NCBI GenBank assembly: GCA_037379345.1
Contig: CM074511.1
Location: 6,200,001 to 6,264,000, forward strand
Origin: Perna viridis
Taxonomy: Eukaryota
Direction of reading: 5' to 3'
Length of the DNA: 64,000 nt
Part shown: one piece after another, positions 25,767-38,796 of the stretch
How the letters are laid out: every line of letters begins with the position of its first letter
How positions within the stretch are numbered: position 1 is the first letter of the stretch
Position numbers and translations under genes: made by a program
The notes under the pieces: model-generated
Databases searched by the model: none
What the model was told of the DNA's origin: nothing
Seen by the model: the letters and a program-made list of their open reading frames with translations, nothing else

Positions 25767-27793
25767 ATTTTGTAGGATTTTATGTGACTTGCATGAGCAA
25801 TTCTATACATGATAATTATGGGCATGCCAACAATACAACAAGGAGAAATCAGTGAAAATAACTGAGGTCAAGGGTCAAGAACAGTGCCAAGCTGAAAAGC
25901 TAAGGTCAAAGTTACTTCAGAATGGAATGTCAAACTATGAACTGCCATTCGTAAACCCATCACATTACAGCAATGAAAATATTCCCACAACTGACAGAAA
26001 AAAAGTATGTAGAAATAATTTAAAGGTCATGGAATCAGAGAAAAGAAAAAAAAAAATAGCAGCATTGTGAATTGACAAATGGACATCAAAAGACCCTAAA
26101 ATTATTCTGAACATAGATGATTTAATATTTTATTCAACTAAAAATGCATAAAAAATTTGTTTTGTCCTCAACTTGAAAACATGATGCTTACCAACATGAC
26201 ATTAACTGTACTGGCTGTACAGGGGGTAAAATTGTGCAAAAGTTGAAACCCCCTTAACCCAGATTGATATAGATAATATATCAGCAGTTAAACGAGACAT
26301 CAATGTATTGGATCTAAAATCACTACAACAACACATCATGATCGGTCCTACTTCCTACAGATAATGAAAAGTTATGAATATTTCTTGGCACAGTATGAAA
26401 TCTGACCCCTTTAAATAGAAAATTTATCCCTCTTAAAGTGTGCAAGGAGAAAAAGGGGGTTGTAAGTTTGATCAGTGCCCTCCTGTTTCAAGTGAAACAT
26501 GCCCTATAACCTGCCGCTACAATTTAGCACCAATGAAATGAATCATTGATCACAAACATGATTACGATGAGTCAATCATAAAAAACTTTCATACAAATGA
26601 TCAGCATTTTACACTATAAGGCATCATGTTTAAAACACTACTCTCATCACATTTATAAAAAAATATTTGATTTCATATGATAGCCATTCATCAATGAGGT
26701 ATCTCCTATTATCATCTAACAAAACAAAATATTATTGATAATTTAGAGAAAAGAATGGAAGGCAATTTGTTTCATACTTTAAAAATATGCCAGAAACATT
26801 TCTGAACAGACCAAACCATTTGATACTTGTATACAACTGGTCCCAATAACTATTATGCTTATAACCTTAAAACAATGTATCACAATTCTTGTCAATAGAC
26901 CACATTCGTATGTAAGTTTAACAAATAAACAACTTGTAAGTTATGGTGAAGCACTTGTATAATTAGCCAGGTTTTAGGATTTACTATTTATAACAACTGT
27001 AAGCAATATCTTGCACTATTGATGCCCAATTACCCATTTATAAAAATCCCATCAAAATGTAATTTAGTAGAAAGCAGAAGAAAATCACAATATATCAGCT
27101 ATTATAAATCAATGAAATTCATCATCTATGTAAAAATCTTGATATAAAAATAATTTGAACATGAGAAAGAATACAGTATCAATCCATCAAATGTATCACC
27201 ATTTAAGTAGATATTAATATATTCAAAAATAAGCTTTCTATCAACGTGTAAGGAAATGAACTTTTTACAGTTGTTTGTGAGAACATGTTTTAAGTAATGT
27301 GATACATATGGTAGATTTCATGACATTTCAATAACACAGTACAATAAGACAATATTGCAGCCTCAGATTTCGCCCTTTTGGTTTATAACTAACTCCTTAG
27401 GAGACAAACAAGTAAATCACAGAGTACAGCATCATGTCTATAGAGGTTTATAACCTCCCATTATTCCATACCTTACAAAGGGTTTTAACCCTGATGTTAA
27501 TTGGTTAGCACTAAACAGTGGCACTGCTGCCAAGTCACATGCACTCAGTTGTGGCTAGAAAGTCAAACCACATGCACTAGGTAGTGGCTATAGAGCCAAG
27601 TTCATTAACTTGGTAATGGCTACACTGACACAACAGATAGTCAACCCAGACTGCAACCAAGCTCATCTTTTGCATGGAATCAACATTATGAAAGACTTTT
27701 CTAGTGGGTAGAGTTTTGTAAATAGTTTGTCCATGCTCCAGTCCTTGGTATATAAAAATACTGTTATTTCATTGGTCTATATGGATCACATGA

Positions 27794-28034
27794 TCAATTC
27801 TGATTCATTTGTAAATAATTGACATTATCGCCAATTTGCTGTCCAGCAGCATTGCACTCTTTGTGCACAGGATGTAACAATCTAACATCTAAATTAGCAT
27901 TATGTTCCCTTAGAGACTCTCTGCTATAATGTTCCACTAAAAGATTGATGTCATTAAATGAACAGTGTTGAGATGTGAAGCCATACTTATTATTGTCTTT
28001 ATAGATTAAACAATGTCCAACTGAACCTTGAAAT
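27794..28034 (-). CDS. PIK3R1: p85-like terminal exon: cSH2 C-part plus tail ending DNVNYLQMNQN*
   Basis: tttcAG acceptor; GHCLIYK..YGF..LVEHYSRESLREHN.NLDVRLLHPV; TGA at 27796-27794. Confidence 0.92.
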
Positions 28035-28498
28035 CTGAAAAAGATGAAAAAAATTAATATGATTATTTGAATGTTTTCCAGTTTTTACAAAATTTTTAAA
28101 TATGCAATGCGTATTTTGGATGAATGCAGGCTTTGATGTATCTTATCTGAATGACCTAGATAATTCTGATTCATAATGTTTATCTTAACATTATGACCTA
28201 TTTATCCAAAATCCAATGGTTTGCTCTACATTTTATGATATGATATCAAGTTAGACTCGAGTGATTTCTCATCATCACATGACACATGGGACTACTTATC
28301 AAATCATATATTTAACCTAGAAATCGTGAAATGTTAGGTACTGATTAAGTTCAGCTCCTGCATTTAAAAGTACATTGGTTTTAAAGATATTTGACCTGGA
28401 CACAGGTAACTCTATCTTATCAAGTAAAACAAGGATTTCTTTGACCAAAACCAACAAGTTAAAATCATAACTAAGTAAAACAAATAGTTTTTACTTAC

Positions 28499-28639
28499 AC
28501 AATGGACAGCACATTTTTATTGGCATCATCTTTTTTCGGTCGGATTAAGAATGTACCATCTCTCTGGTTTACTAATAGTCTTTCTGCCTCTGGACGATCA
28601 CAGTCTACAAACCAATCTTTCTCTTCATGTTTCTGTTTA
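28499..28639 (-). CDS. PIK3R1: p85-like cSH2 N-part (HEEKDWFVDCDRPEAERLLVNQRDGTFLIRPKKDDANKNVLSIV)
   Basis: AG/GTAAGT, 141 nt, phase 2/2. Confidence 0.92.
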
Positions 28640-29252
28640 CTGTAAAACAAAAAAACAATTGTGTCATTTGTTTAGAACTAAATATCTGTAACAAATACTA
28701 AAAATCTTATGAAAAGTGAGGTCGGCCATATTTTACAAAAATATTTTCCATAAAAATCCCTCTAGCTTATTTATCAATCCTATCAAAAGGAAATAACACA
28801 TAATTAGCTATCATGCCATCCTGATCTATTTATGGTGATAAAAAATGGGTGAAATATAGACTTTAAAAAATATGTCACATGCTTTACAACTCTTGAACAG
28901 CATATTTTAGATTCAAAACTTATGTAGCAGTTTGTAATTAAACAGGTGAAGCATAAACCAACATGAAGACACTTAACAGGTATGTATGTATCATTGCCCC
29001 AAGGCATTTACATACATGGAAGCATTCACCGTGGCAACCATTACTTGTTGACATATCTATGTCGCATACATTATAGAAAACAAATGTATGATGGTGGTCT
29101 CCAACGACTATTCACATAATTATACATTTATAAGTATTTTATGCAGAATGTGTTCGCATTAGAGAAATAAAGACACAGTGGACAGCATTCAAACAAAGTG
29201 GTTAATTCTCTACAGCCAATAGCATCACAGATAGACTTGTTTTATAACTTAC

Positions 29253-29489
29253 CTTTCACTTTCTAAAATTTTTTCAATTAATTCTGCAGGATAATTTTGG
29301 TCTTGTAAAAACTTCTTAATTTGATCTCTTTGTTTATTTAATCTTTTGATTTCTGGTCGTAGAGCATTCATGTCACTAATCAGAGACCGGTTCTTTTGTG
29401 TCTTTTCAGCAATATCATTTTCTAGCTGTTCTTTGCTACGTGTTATACTATCCAACCTCCCCTTCAACAAATCATAATTCTCTTTCAAT
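29253..29489 (-). CDS. PIK3R1: p85-like iSH2 coiled coil, helix 2
   Basis: AG/GTAAG, 237 nt; NYDLLKGRL..MNALRPEIKRLNKQRDQ. Confidence 0.93.
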
Positions 29490-30645
29490 CTGAAATTACA
29501 AAAACATTCATTGTTATTTCATCTGACTTTGAGAGCCATATGACAAGTTAGTTTATTTTTCATTTCAATTAGGGTTGTAAAAACACACTGACTTTGTTTC
29601 AATTCCTACATGTACTCAGATGACAGAAGTTAAACAACTTTATATCCTTAATCAATAGTTATGTTACTTAGCAACCAGATAATATAGTCATTTATGTCAT
29701 AATTTATCTTACTCTTTCTGCCATTTCACTAAACACTTTTTATGGGTGGTAATTTATCAATCAAATAAAATTAATTCAAAAGTGGGTTAATTTCAGGTAT
29801 AAAGTTGGTCACCGAATTTTTACAGCTTTCTAATCAACATGAATTAAAGTCTAATACAGATTGGATTTGTAATAACTTTCACTTTTATCATATGTTCTGT
29901 AAGAACTGTTATTATGTTACTCCATAATCTAATCAAGGATTATCTAGGATTTATAATCCCTAATCTATGAGGCATTGGCAATTACAGGTTATGAGGACAT
30001 TATTGGAGACCTTGGATACCATGGAAACCAATTAATTTTGTCATATTACTTTCATTACATTGTATGTGTATTGAGTAGGTGGATAGATTCACATAATGCC
30101 AAGTATAGCATAAAAAACACATAAACATTAGACAAACAATGATAAATAATGAGTTTTCTGTTGACCATACTGGGTCACTATTGTCATAATTACACTGCTG
30201 AACTATTCTATCAATGTCTAGGAAAGGGACATGTTATATTTAGGTCACCATAAACATGTCTCTTAACACCATTAATGTCATGAATTGCAAGTCTGAACCA
30301 ATGGTTGGTTGTAGACCTATCATCATTCATTGATTGGCCTACAATACTGTTGTCTTATTATAATTAAACATATTTTATATGTATAAGTCTGAAGCCACTA
30401 CATAAAAATAGCTAATGTTAGTACGATTTCCTTATGCAAACCTACTGGTTACATGACTTGTGGTAAAAATAACTCATAAAAAAAGAATAATAAAAAAACG
30501 ATATAAAATAAGACCAAATCAACTGAACAGGGCATTTCCTAAACAAAACATTAAATGATTCACTAACAAAAAAATATACAACAGCTTATTCAATTTTCAG
30601 AAATTTCCCCCTAAATTCTCAAATTTAAGATGTGGAGTTTCTCAC

Positions 30646-30775
30646 AGACTTGCTACAAGTCTCTCTGTAATATATATTTTATTTGATTAAATATCATTAC
30701 TATCAAATATTCATTCACTATCAAACTGCCGTAATCAAATAAAATATAAATTACAGAGAGACTTGTAGCAAGTCT
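30646..30775. mobile_element. Small hairpin/MITE with 44-bp inverted arms
   Basis: 30646-30689 is the reverse complement of 30732-30775 (one mismatch); gtttctcacaga is repeated on both sides. Confidence 0.8.
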
Positions 30776-30809
30776 ATGTTTCTCACAGATTATAGTATCA
30801 TGTCTGTAC

Positions 30810-31042
30810 CTTTGTAAATCTCTGACTGAAGCATCAGCATGGTGTCGCTTATGTAATTCCAGCTGCTCTTCAAATACTTTCACTGTTTCTTTAAATGCAT
30901 CCAAAGCCTGATGTTTGAGCTGAAGTTCTTGGTTAAGTTTAGAATGATCCTCATAGTGTCGATCATATTCATTCATCTTTTTGAGGTAGTCATTATGAAC
31001 TTGTTGTAGTGTTTGTACCTCCTGAGATACATCTGTATATAC
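30810..31042 (-). CDS. PIK3R1: p85-like iSH2 coiled coil, helix 1
   Basis: AG/GT, 233 nt, phase 0/2; QELQLKHQALDAFKETVKVFEEQ. Confidence 0.93.
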
Positions 31043-31777
31043 CTGTAAGAATTAGGCTATTGATTAATAGACCAGAATAAATTTTTTCCAAGCATTAGCT
31101 TTCTATTTCCCTAAGGGAGCTTAAAGTGTACCACAGTAATTATACTTGAAACCCAAATCTGGGAAGTTTTGTAAAATACTTATACATCAAATCTGACACT
31201 TAGGTGTATAATGAACTCATAAGTATCAAATTCTAACCATAGCTAATAACAGAAGGTCAAATTGAACAATAGAGAAATCTGTCTACTGTAATATCTGTTA
31301 GTAAAATTGTCAGATTGGGACCAAGGAAGTCAATTTTAAAAATATAGGAATAGACCTCAGTAATACATTTCTTACCAGTGGCTAATTCCCAATGAAATGC
31401 ATCACAAAATGTTCAATTACTTTAACGTAAACAAGTTTAATGTTAGTTCTACCAGATACCATTTATCAAAACAGACTAAGATGTACAGATAAACTTTGTG
31501 GTCTCATTTGATGAATATGTAGCTAATACCTCCCTTAATGGGTAAATATTAATGTAGTTCCTTGTAGGTACTTGTACTGATACCTAAAATACATATCAAG
31601 TGCTACTATGGGAATCCACAGAAAAACATGATTAACAAAGTAAAACATGCTCCTGAATATTACATTTCTTTCCAAATGTTGTCTATAAAATCTTCCATGA
31701 AATCATCAATAAATGTTAGAAGAAAATGCATGAAAACCCAGAGTTATTTCCCTCTAATGCATTAAGTTAATACTTAC

Positions 31778-32249
31778 AGGATTGACATCTCTAGAGACCT
31801 TGTGAAGCAGTTTGATATTCAATGTCTTGTTATATATTGCTAAAGAATTGTGTTTATAATGTTCAATTAGTTCCACCACAGAATCAAAGTTGAGAGGTTC
31901 CACAAATCCATATTTCCCATCTTTGTGATAAATCTTGATTAATTTATTTGTGCCACCTTTTCTTAAAGTCAGTGTGTAGTCTCCGGGTGAGGTGGCATCA
32001 CGAACTAAGAATGTTCCATCAGCTTTATCCCGTAAATGTTCGTTCACTTCCTCACGTGAAATGTTTCCCCAGTACCAGTCAGCATCTCGTAATTGTTCTT
32101 CGGGAGTGATCATACCTGTTTCATAATTGTTAGGATGAGTTCTTGGAGGAATGGGTGGTGCTAATGGGGGTGTTGTCTCACCCCAATTTCCATTTTTTAA
32201 CATTTCTTCAATAATGTCTATGTGTAGTTTTGTATTATCCACGATTTCA
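31778..32249 (-). CDS. PIK3R1: p85-like exon: end of BH, Pro-rich PPIPPR, nSH2
   Basis: AG/GTAAGT, 472 nt; inside ORF 31754..32278; GTFLVRDA. Confidence 0.96.
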
Positions 32250-34227
32250 CTGCAAAAGAAAACAACATGGAGATACATAAACCAGGAAGATTTAACCTTA
32301 CAAGAAAATCAATAACACACACTTACCCATGCATAGTGAGATGTGTATTTTTACCTTAACATTATCAGCTGAATTAAATCTCATACAAGTACTACACATA
32401 GGTCTATAATGTTTTAATGTTCAATCTTGTAATTTCAGTTAAGATTTAGTACAATATCAATGTTGTATCTTAAAGAGGTCCCCTAAGGGAAAGAAGAATT
32501 AACATATTATGTACATATCATAAGCCATAAATATTGTGTATGATACGTTATGTATTTAGAACATAAATACGTGTAAATGTTATAATAAACTGTCTCTGAT
32601 AATATTCAAATGCACAATTAAATAAACATTCAGCATGTTTCTAGACTTTATAGACAATGCACTATAGAAAATTTCCTAAACAATCAGGAAATAAAGTAAT
32701 CCATAATGATATTTGTGTTCTATTTACCCTGAGATACCTATAGACAAACTTTCATAAGGTGCAGGAAAAATAAATTACAAATATACACACACAATGTAGA
32801 AAGCCCTAATATATCCATGATATAATTACCAATTTACAACAGTACAAAACAGGAAGAAATTACTATGTTGAATAAATATTTTCCTGCTTAAGTTTTTAAA
32901 CAGCTTATAGGTCAAAGATAGCCTGATATGTTAGTGAAGTGTTATTGATTTCAGTTGAATGTTCTCTTTCCTATTGATTCTGAACATGCTATACTCGCAT
33001 GATACAATGATGATAAAATACTGGCCAACTTAAATATCTTAATGCAGCTAAATAAAAAAGAGTTAAAAAGTTATGTTTGTTGTCGTATAGAATCTCTGGT
33101 ACTAGCTGGGTAGATAATGAATGTAGATTAATATATAAAAAAAAGAAATACAATGATACAAGTATGATAAAATGATCATTGCAAATGTGAGAGCTATCCA
33201 CAGGGTTTTAATTTCATCTCTAAAAATATATCTGACACTTATATAAAAAGAATGCAATTTCTTTATCAATAAAATTAATAGTAATTTCAAAATAGTAACT
33301 TTTCAAAGTACACAGTTTCATTAAGTCACATGATTTATAAATATATAATTAGAAAGTTAACAAAAATGTAAAGGATTTTTTCATGATAACTTTTCTATTT
33401 CCTGCAAGACATGAAAAGTGTGTGTAAAAGCATTTTTTTAATAAATAAGCCAAATTGAATAACTTCTACATTAAGTAGGCTGTGATTATATTAAGTAGAT
33501 CAGATATACTTTAGGAAAAGTACACGTACACATGTATGAAAGCTATACAAGTCTATTACATAATACAGATATCATAAAATATTAAGGTTGCCATAACCAT
33601 TTCACATAACTTACACTTATCATATTCAGGTTTAGTGCCATAAAACTTAATTAAATTACTTTTTCAAAAGTCCTCCTAGAATTGTAACTATCACTGTATT
33701 TCTGTACTTGTAGTTAACTTGTCTCATTTTTAAAAAAGATGGTTTAAAATGATGAGATGTCAAGTTTTCATACTTCACTGAGATTTAAATTAAATTTACT
33801 TCTAATACCACCAAAACACAACCTACTCAAAGAGTTGAAGACAGATTTTTTCTTAATTTGTCTAATTCAGTTGCCACAGAAACTGGATCAATCAAGTAGC
33901 TGACATTTTACTTTATTCAAATCTATTGAAATGTCACAATCAAACATGATTTAACACCTACACTGCTAACACAGAAGCTGTTGTATTAGTTCAAAACATA
34001 ACCAAATTTTCACCCACAATAAAACTAAGCTAATATTGTTTGACATCAGATGACCACATTAAATAAGTCAAAATGATATGTATGTATTGCCTCCACTAAG
34101 GAAAGATGTGACTTGGGGCAGAAAGAGCTGTACAAACACTTTCTCAGTCTCTTAATTCAACCAAATCTTGACCTATGTAACTGAATCATCCATAATGTCA
34201 ACTAGTATCAAGTTATAAGAAACTTAC

Positions 34228-34426
34228 ATGATTTTCTCCCATGGAGGTCTTAGCAGTATATGACAGAAAACATGTGACAGTTTATCTAAGCCATCAGATG
34301 TCCCAGACTCATGCTGTATTCTCCATAGTCTTATGAAATGTCCCATCAGGAAATGAAGTGTTGATTTGTGTGGCTGGGGTAACTGGGTTGTGAGATCAAT
34401 TAAGTTCTTAGAAGCCTCTGGACTCT
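34228..34426 (-). CDS. PIK3R1: p85-like RhoGAP exon (KSPEASKNL...LPQPHKSTLHFLMGHFIRL...LSHVFCHILLRPPWEKI)
   Basis: AG/GTAAG, 199 nt, phase 1/2. Confidence 0.9.
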
Positions 34427-34626
34427 CTGTAATTATATTGTAATACTAATTAAATGACACTTCTATGACAATTGCCAGTTTTTTTGTTTAATCAACTTCT
34501 TGCATCAGTAATATGAAAATTAAGTAGCAATAGTTCAACACAGTTTTCATTATTTTTTCTCATGCATCTATTTTTATCAAATAATGGCTTGAAATAAAAC
34601 TGAAATACTCAGACTAATTGACTTAC

Positions 34627-34761
34627 TGGCAGCTGTGATAAAGCTGTCGTACAGTTCTACTGGAACTACTGGATTAGGTAGTTCTCTCAGGTATTTCTTC
34701 AATACTCCTGCTACACAGTGAACATTGAACTGGGACAGGTTCACTTGAGAGGGGTCCGTAG
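34627..34761 (-). CDS. PIK3R1: p85-like RhoGAP exon (ATDPSQVNL...VAGVLKKYLRELPNPVVP...FITAA)
   Basis: AG/GTAAGT, 135 nt; LK.YLRELP.P RhoGAP motif. Confidence 0.93.
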
Positions 34762-36759
34762 CTACAAAATCAATGGACAAGTTTATCAAAGGGGACTCAT
34801 TCAATTACCCTATTAATAGGCATTTAATAATAGTCATTGTTTATGTTCTTTCTAAGCATCACCCCAATAGTAAATGTTAACTCGTCTATTTCAACATTGA
34901 ATTAACTTTTTCAGATTGTTTCAATTTCAAGAACATTATACTAAAAGCTTGCAACAAAAACACATGCACACTTGACAGGCCAGAATTAATTATGTCATGT
35001 ATTTCGTGTTGATACAATAAATAACACATGACAGTAACAAAGGTAAACTATATACACTGACTGACAGTTGTCAAGCTTTATTTGTAAAATTGAGTTATCT
35101 CCCTTACTGCAAGCTACACTGTGACCCAGTAAGCATTTCTTAGGACTCGTGACTTCAATTGAAAATTTAAGAAATAATACTAGACACCACAAATTTAAAC
35201 CAGACTAAAAATGAAAAATTTTCCATGAATATTATTCAATAAATAGTATTTTAATATTGCTATAAATGAAAATGATGTGAACTCTTCATCACAAGCTAAA
35301 TCAATTTGTACATATTAGAAACAGATGTGAGAAACTGATTACAAAAGTCTCGTGCATCTTAATACTGACTTCCTTATTCCTTAATTTTTTATCAGTATTT
35401 GGATTATAAAAAAATGTTTTATCCTCCCACAAACACAACTACAGTATCGATTCTAACTTAAAATAACCAGTGAAAGTGAACCTGAGGGAATTGTTAACTT
35501 AGAAAGTAAGTCTAGAAAATGTTCACATCTTTGGACCAGAAATTAAAAAATGACCTGAGGTAAAGGGGTTAGATGTGTCTGATTTTTTTCCTGATATTTC
35601 AGGATAATGACAAGAGAATGCCTTCAAGACTCTCTAAATAGCTCTTAATATCAATCATACCTTCAATGGAGTAAAAAAAATGGTTTGTCTTCAGAGAAAG
35701 ACGTCAGTAAGTGTAGCTATATATGGCCTCATTAAGAAAATCTGATTATTCTGCCGACAGGAGAAAGTTCTCCAAAGGAGAACTAATTATATTAGCTTTC
35801 TATAAACCAATGACCTACTTATGATTTATCTGATATGGACCAAGAAACCTTTAACATACATTCCACTTAAACTTAATTAATAATTTTTTATTCTCTATCT
35901 TCAAATAATCTGAATTTCACTGTACAGACAAGATTATTATTAAGCTAACAGCATTAACATTGCATTCCCCTTACAATCAGTATATTATATTGAGAACAGA
36001 TAAATCTGGCATAGACTTGACTGGCTCCATTAAATCTTATTTCAATAAAAAGACGTATAACACATCTATTCCTTCCATGCAGACATATTCAGCGTCTTCA
36101 AGTATTATTGAATCAGTATATTGGTAAGGAGTGAATCATCTGTAAGATATTTTCAGTTCGGCCTAAATTTATGTCAGACATACACTAAATGACTCCATTA
36201 TTGATCACAATCAACCTAATATAACAAAATACTATGATATTTAATATTCTAATAGGCTAGTAGGATCAGCTGCACCATTTCTATTGAAAACCGCAGCAAT
36301 ACAAAAATAGAATTAAGCCATTACATAGGTGGTTTATACCTTTATATAACAGTTACTGGGCTGGAATATTGAATAATTTAACAAGTCTATTTTCCTACCG
36401 TGTTATGGCACACTGCTCATATTTTAAGACAGATGGAATTTTGTTTTCTACCAGTTTTATGGGAGGTTAATGACACATGCAACTTATTTTTAGACATAGT
36501 CAATTTCATTTCTGGACTTAATGGACCATTTATTCTATCTGAAGTACTTTGTACCATGTTTTTTAATAGACCGAAACTTCTTTTTAAATCCTATATATTA
36601 TAATAGACCAGTGGTATTAAAGGTACCATACAGACCAAAGCTGATTTATGAACTTTCAGTAACACAGTGTAAACCATATCTAAAGCTATACATCAAACAC
36701 AGAAGCAACATTCTAACTATAGCTGACCCTAGTAAAGCTGAATCTCATAAAGATCTTAC

Positions 36760-36837
36760 CCATATTGAGTTGGACTTTGATAGAGTTTACTTCTTCTGAC
36801 TTGGCATACATTCGATACACACTCAGTGCTTCAGTTT
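36760..36837 (-). CDS. PIK3R1: p85-like RhoGAP exon (QTEALSVYRMYAKSEEVNSIKVQLNM)
   Basis: AG/GTAAG, 78 nt, phase 1/1; VYR is the arginine-finger position. Confidence 0.85.
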
Positions 36838-37262
36838 CTGCAATGGAAGAAACATTGACGTAAGACCTTGCACTTTAATTAACAGAGTACTTTTATCTAT
36901 TTCAGGACTGTTCTATATAGGTTACAGATCAGTCAAGATCATGATCTGTAATGTATGTACAATGCTACCATAAAGAGCCTCAGAAAGTGACATATACACA
37001 AGGCATACATATCTCTGTGTGAAATAAAATTTCTAATTCACCTATGCATATTTTTCTTCAGGACAGGAAATGTGATTTTTTGTCGATATCTTTTCCATCA
37101 TTAGCTAACAAAGCCTGGAGGTTGTACAAATGATCTTTCTAGGTAACAATACACCACCAACAAAACTACAGGGTTATGCAATCCCATGGAAACCTTTAAT
37201 ATTTAATCCACATGACAGCTGAGAGATATTATAACTAGGTCAAACTGAAAGCAGTAACTTAC

Positions 37263-37373
37263 GATGATTTTCACACCATTTCTCAATCTCCTCAGTACAC
37301 TTTGAAATCACCCAAGGAGTTTCTGTATTATGTTTGCCAATTTCCTCTGAGAGATCCTCACCAAATACAGAAT
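37263..37373 (-). CDS. PIK3R1: p85-like exon, RhoGAP/BH start (SVFGEDLSEE...PWVISKCTEEIEKW)
   Basis: AG/GTAAG, 111 nt; VFG.DL...P.VI.KC.EEIE motif. Confidence 0.9.
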
Positions 37374-37827
37374 CTATAAAATTTAAAAGTACCTGTCACT
37401 TCTGTTCAAATTTCTCTAATTTCAGTAATTAACATAAGTTGATAAATTGATTTTGGCATACATTAGGTGTATAGCACAATGGCTCCTTTCATAAAGGGAA
37501 ACATGCAAGTCAATCATGATATTACCGTGAACTTTGGTCTTTTCATAATTTTTAAAGGCGCAAGAAAATAAGTTAATAGAATACATCAATGAATGAAAAC
37601 CCACAAAATTCAGATCAAGTACAGTTTTTAGTCGTTTTTCTTAACGTTGTGTTCTATTTACAGCCTTCCTTATGTTTACTGGTGATTTCTTAGATTAATG
37701 AGTTTTCCACTAAAAAAAAAAAAAATTCTGCTCTTTTTAAACTGATTTTTACTTTTGTGATGTAGATTTAATAAGAACATTAAATTTGGATTTTTTAAAA
37801 AATGATAGAGGAAGATTATCAACTTAC

Positions 37828-37926
37828 TTATAGTAAAACTAGGTCGTCTCAACCTTTCTAATTTTGGCACACTGCATTCTGATTGTCTTGATGCTGAACA
37901 ATATCGGTGACAACACATACCACACT
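37828..37926 (-). CDS. PIK3R1: p85-like exon, C1 domain C-part (ECGMCCHRYCSASRQSECSVPKLERLRRPSFTI)
   Basis: AG/GTAAGT, phase 1/1; C-x4-H-x2-C-x7-C completes the C1 domain. Confidence 0.9.
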
Positions 37927-38679
37927 CTGTAATGTAAATCTTGCTTTGAATTCATATTCATATCATACTAGTATGCAAACATTTCTTAAAATCAGGTTAA
38001 AGTTCATTTTCTACACACACAAAAATCTTGGCTCTTAACATCTTTTCTGGCATTGAACTCCCAAAATAATCCAAACCTAATTAATCAAAGATGAATATAT
38101 GATAAAACTACATCAAAGATACTTTGATTTCTCTGAAAAGATGAGAAGGCCCCAACAACCTGCCAAAACTAATATAAAACTTCATAATGGAGTTCTTATT
38201 GGAAGTTATTTTTGGTTTCATGTCTGGTGTAAGTCAAAAGCAATGAACAAAATGAAATCTGATCCAGTCTTACTTTTCCTAATTGCTGCTTCAAGTTACC
38301 TTTCAGCACTAACCTACACAGCAGGTTCTTTATCAGAGCAGCCAAATAATGAATTGGTAAGTGGTAACACACTTTGACCCACTAATAGTGGAATCCATGT
38401 CAATTATATCAAAATGGCAGAATATGACCTACTTGTGTCATTTCACAATGGGAAAACCAAAAGTCTTCAGAATACTAAAAGATCAGGGATGGTTTGCTAT
38501 GGATTTGTTACTAAAGGTTGGAATGGAAAAACCAAGAAGGGAAGAATTCATACTGATTTGCATTTATAGCTTTACAACATTAAATATTAACCTCTTTAGG
38601 AACACCCATATTAATGAAGAAAAAAATCGTGAACTGACCACACCATAAAATCAGTAAAATGATTCAACATTCTAATTAC

Positions 38680-38796
38680 CTCTACATTGCAATCCTTGGC
38701 TAATTAATCCATAGAGGAATTTGTCACAAAGATGACACCGCTGCATAGAGGGAAAGCTGTATTCAGAAAATCTGTGTTCTGATGCTGCACCATCTG
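38680..38796 (-). CDS. PIK3R1: p85-like exon, C1 domain N-part (HRFSEYSFPSMQRCHLCDKFLYGLISQGLQCR)
   Basis: TAGCAG tandem acceptor, GT donor; H-x12-C-x2-C-x13-C spacing. Confidence 0.9.

Noticed and set aside
34228-38796. Separate chimaerin gene (C1 plus RhoGAP)
   Set aside because: The exons splice in phase directly into the p85 nSH2 exon with no stop codon in between.
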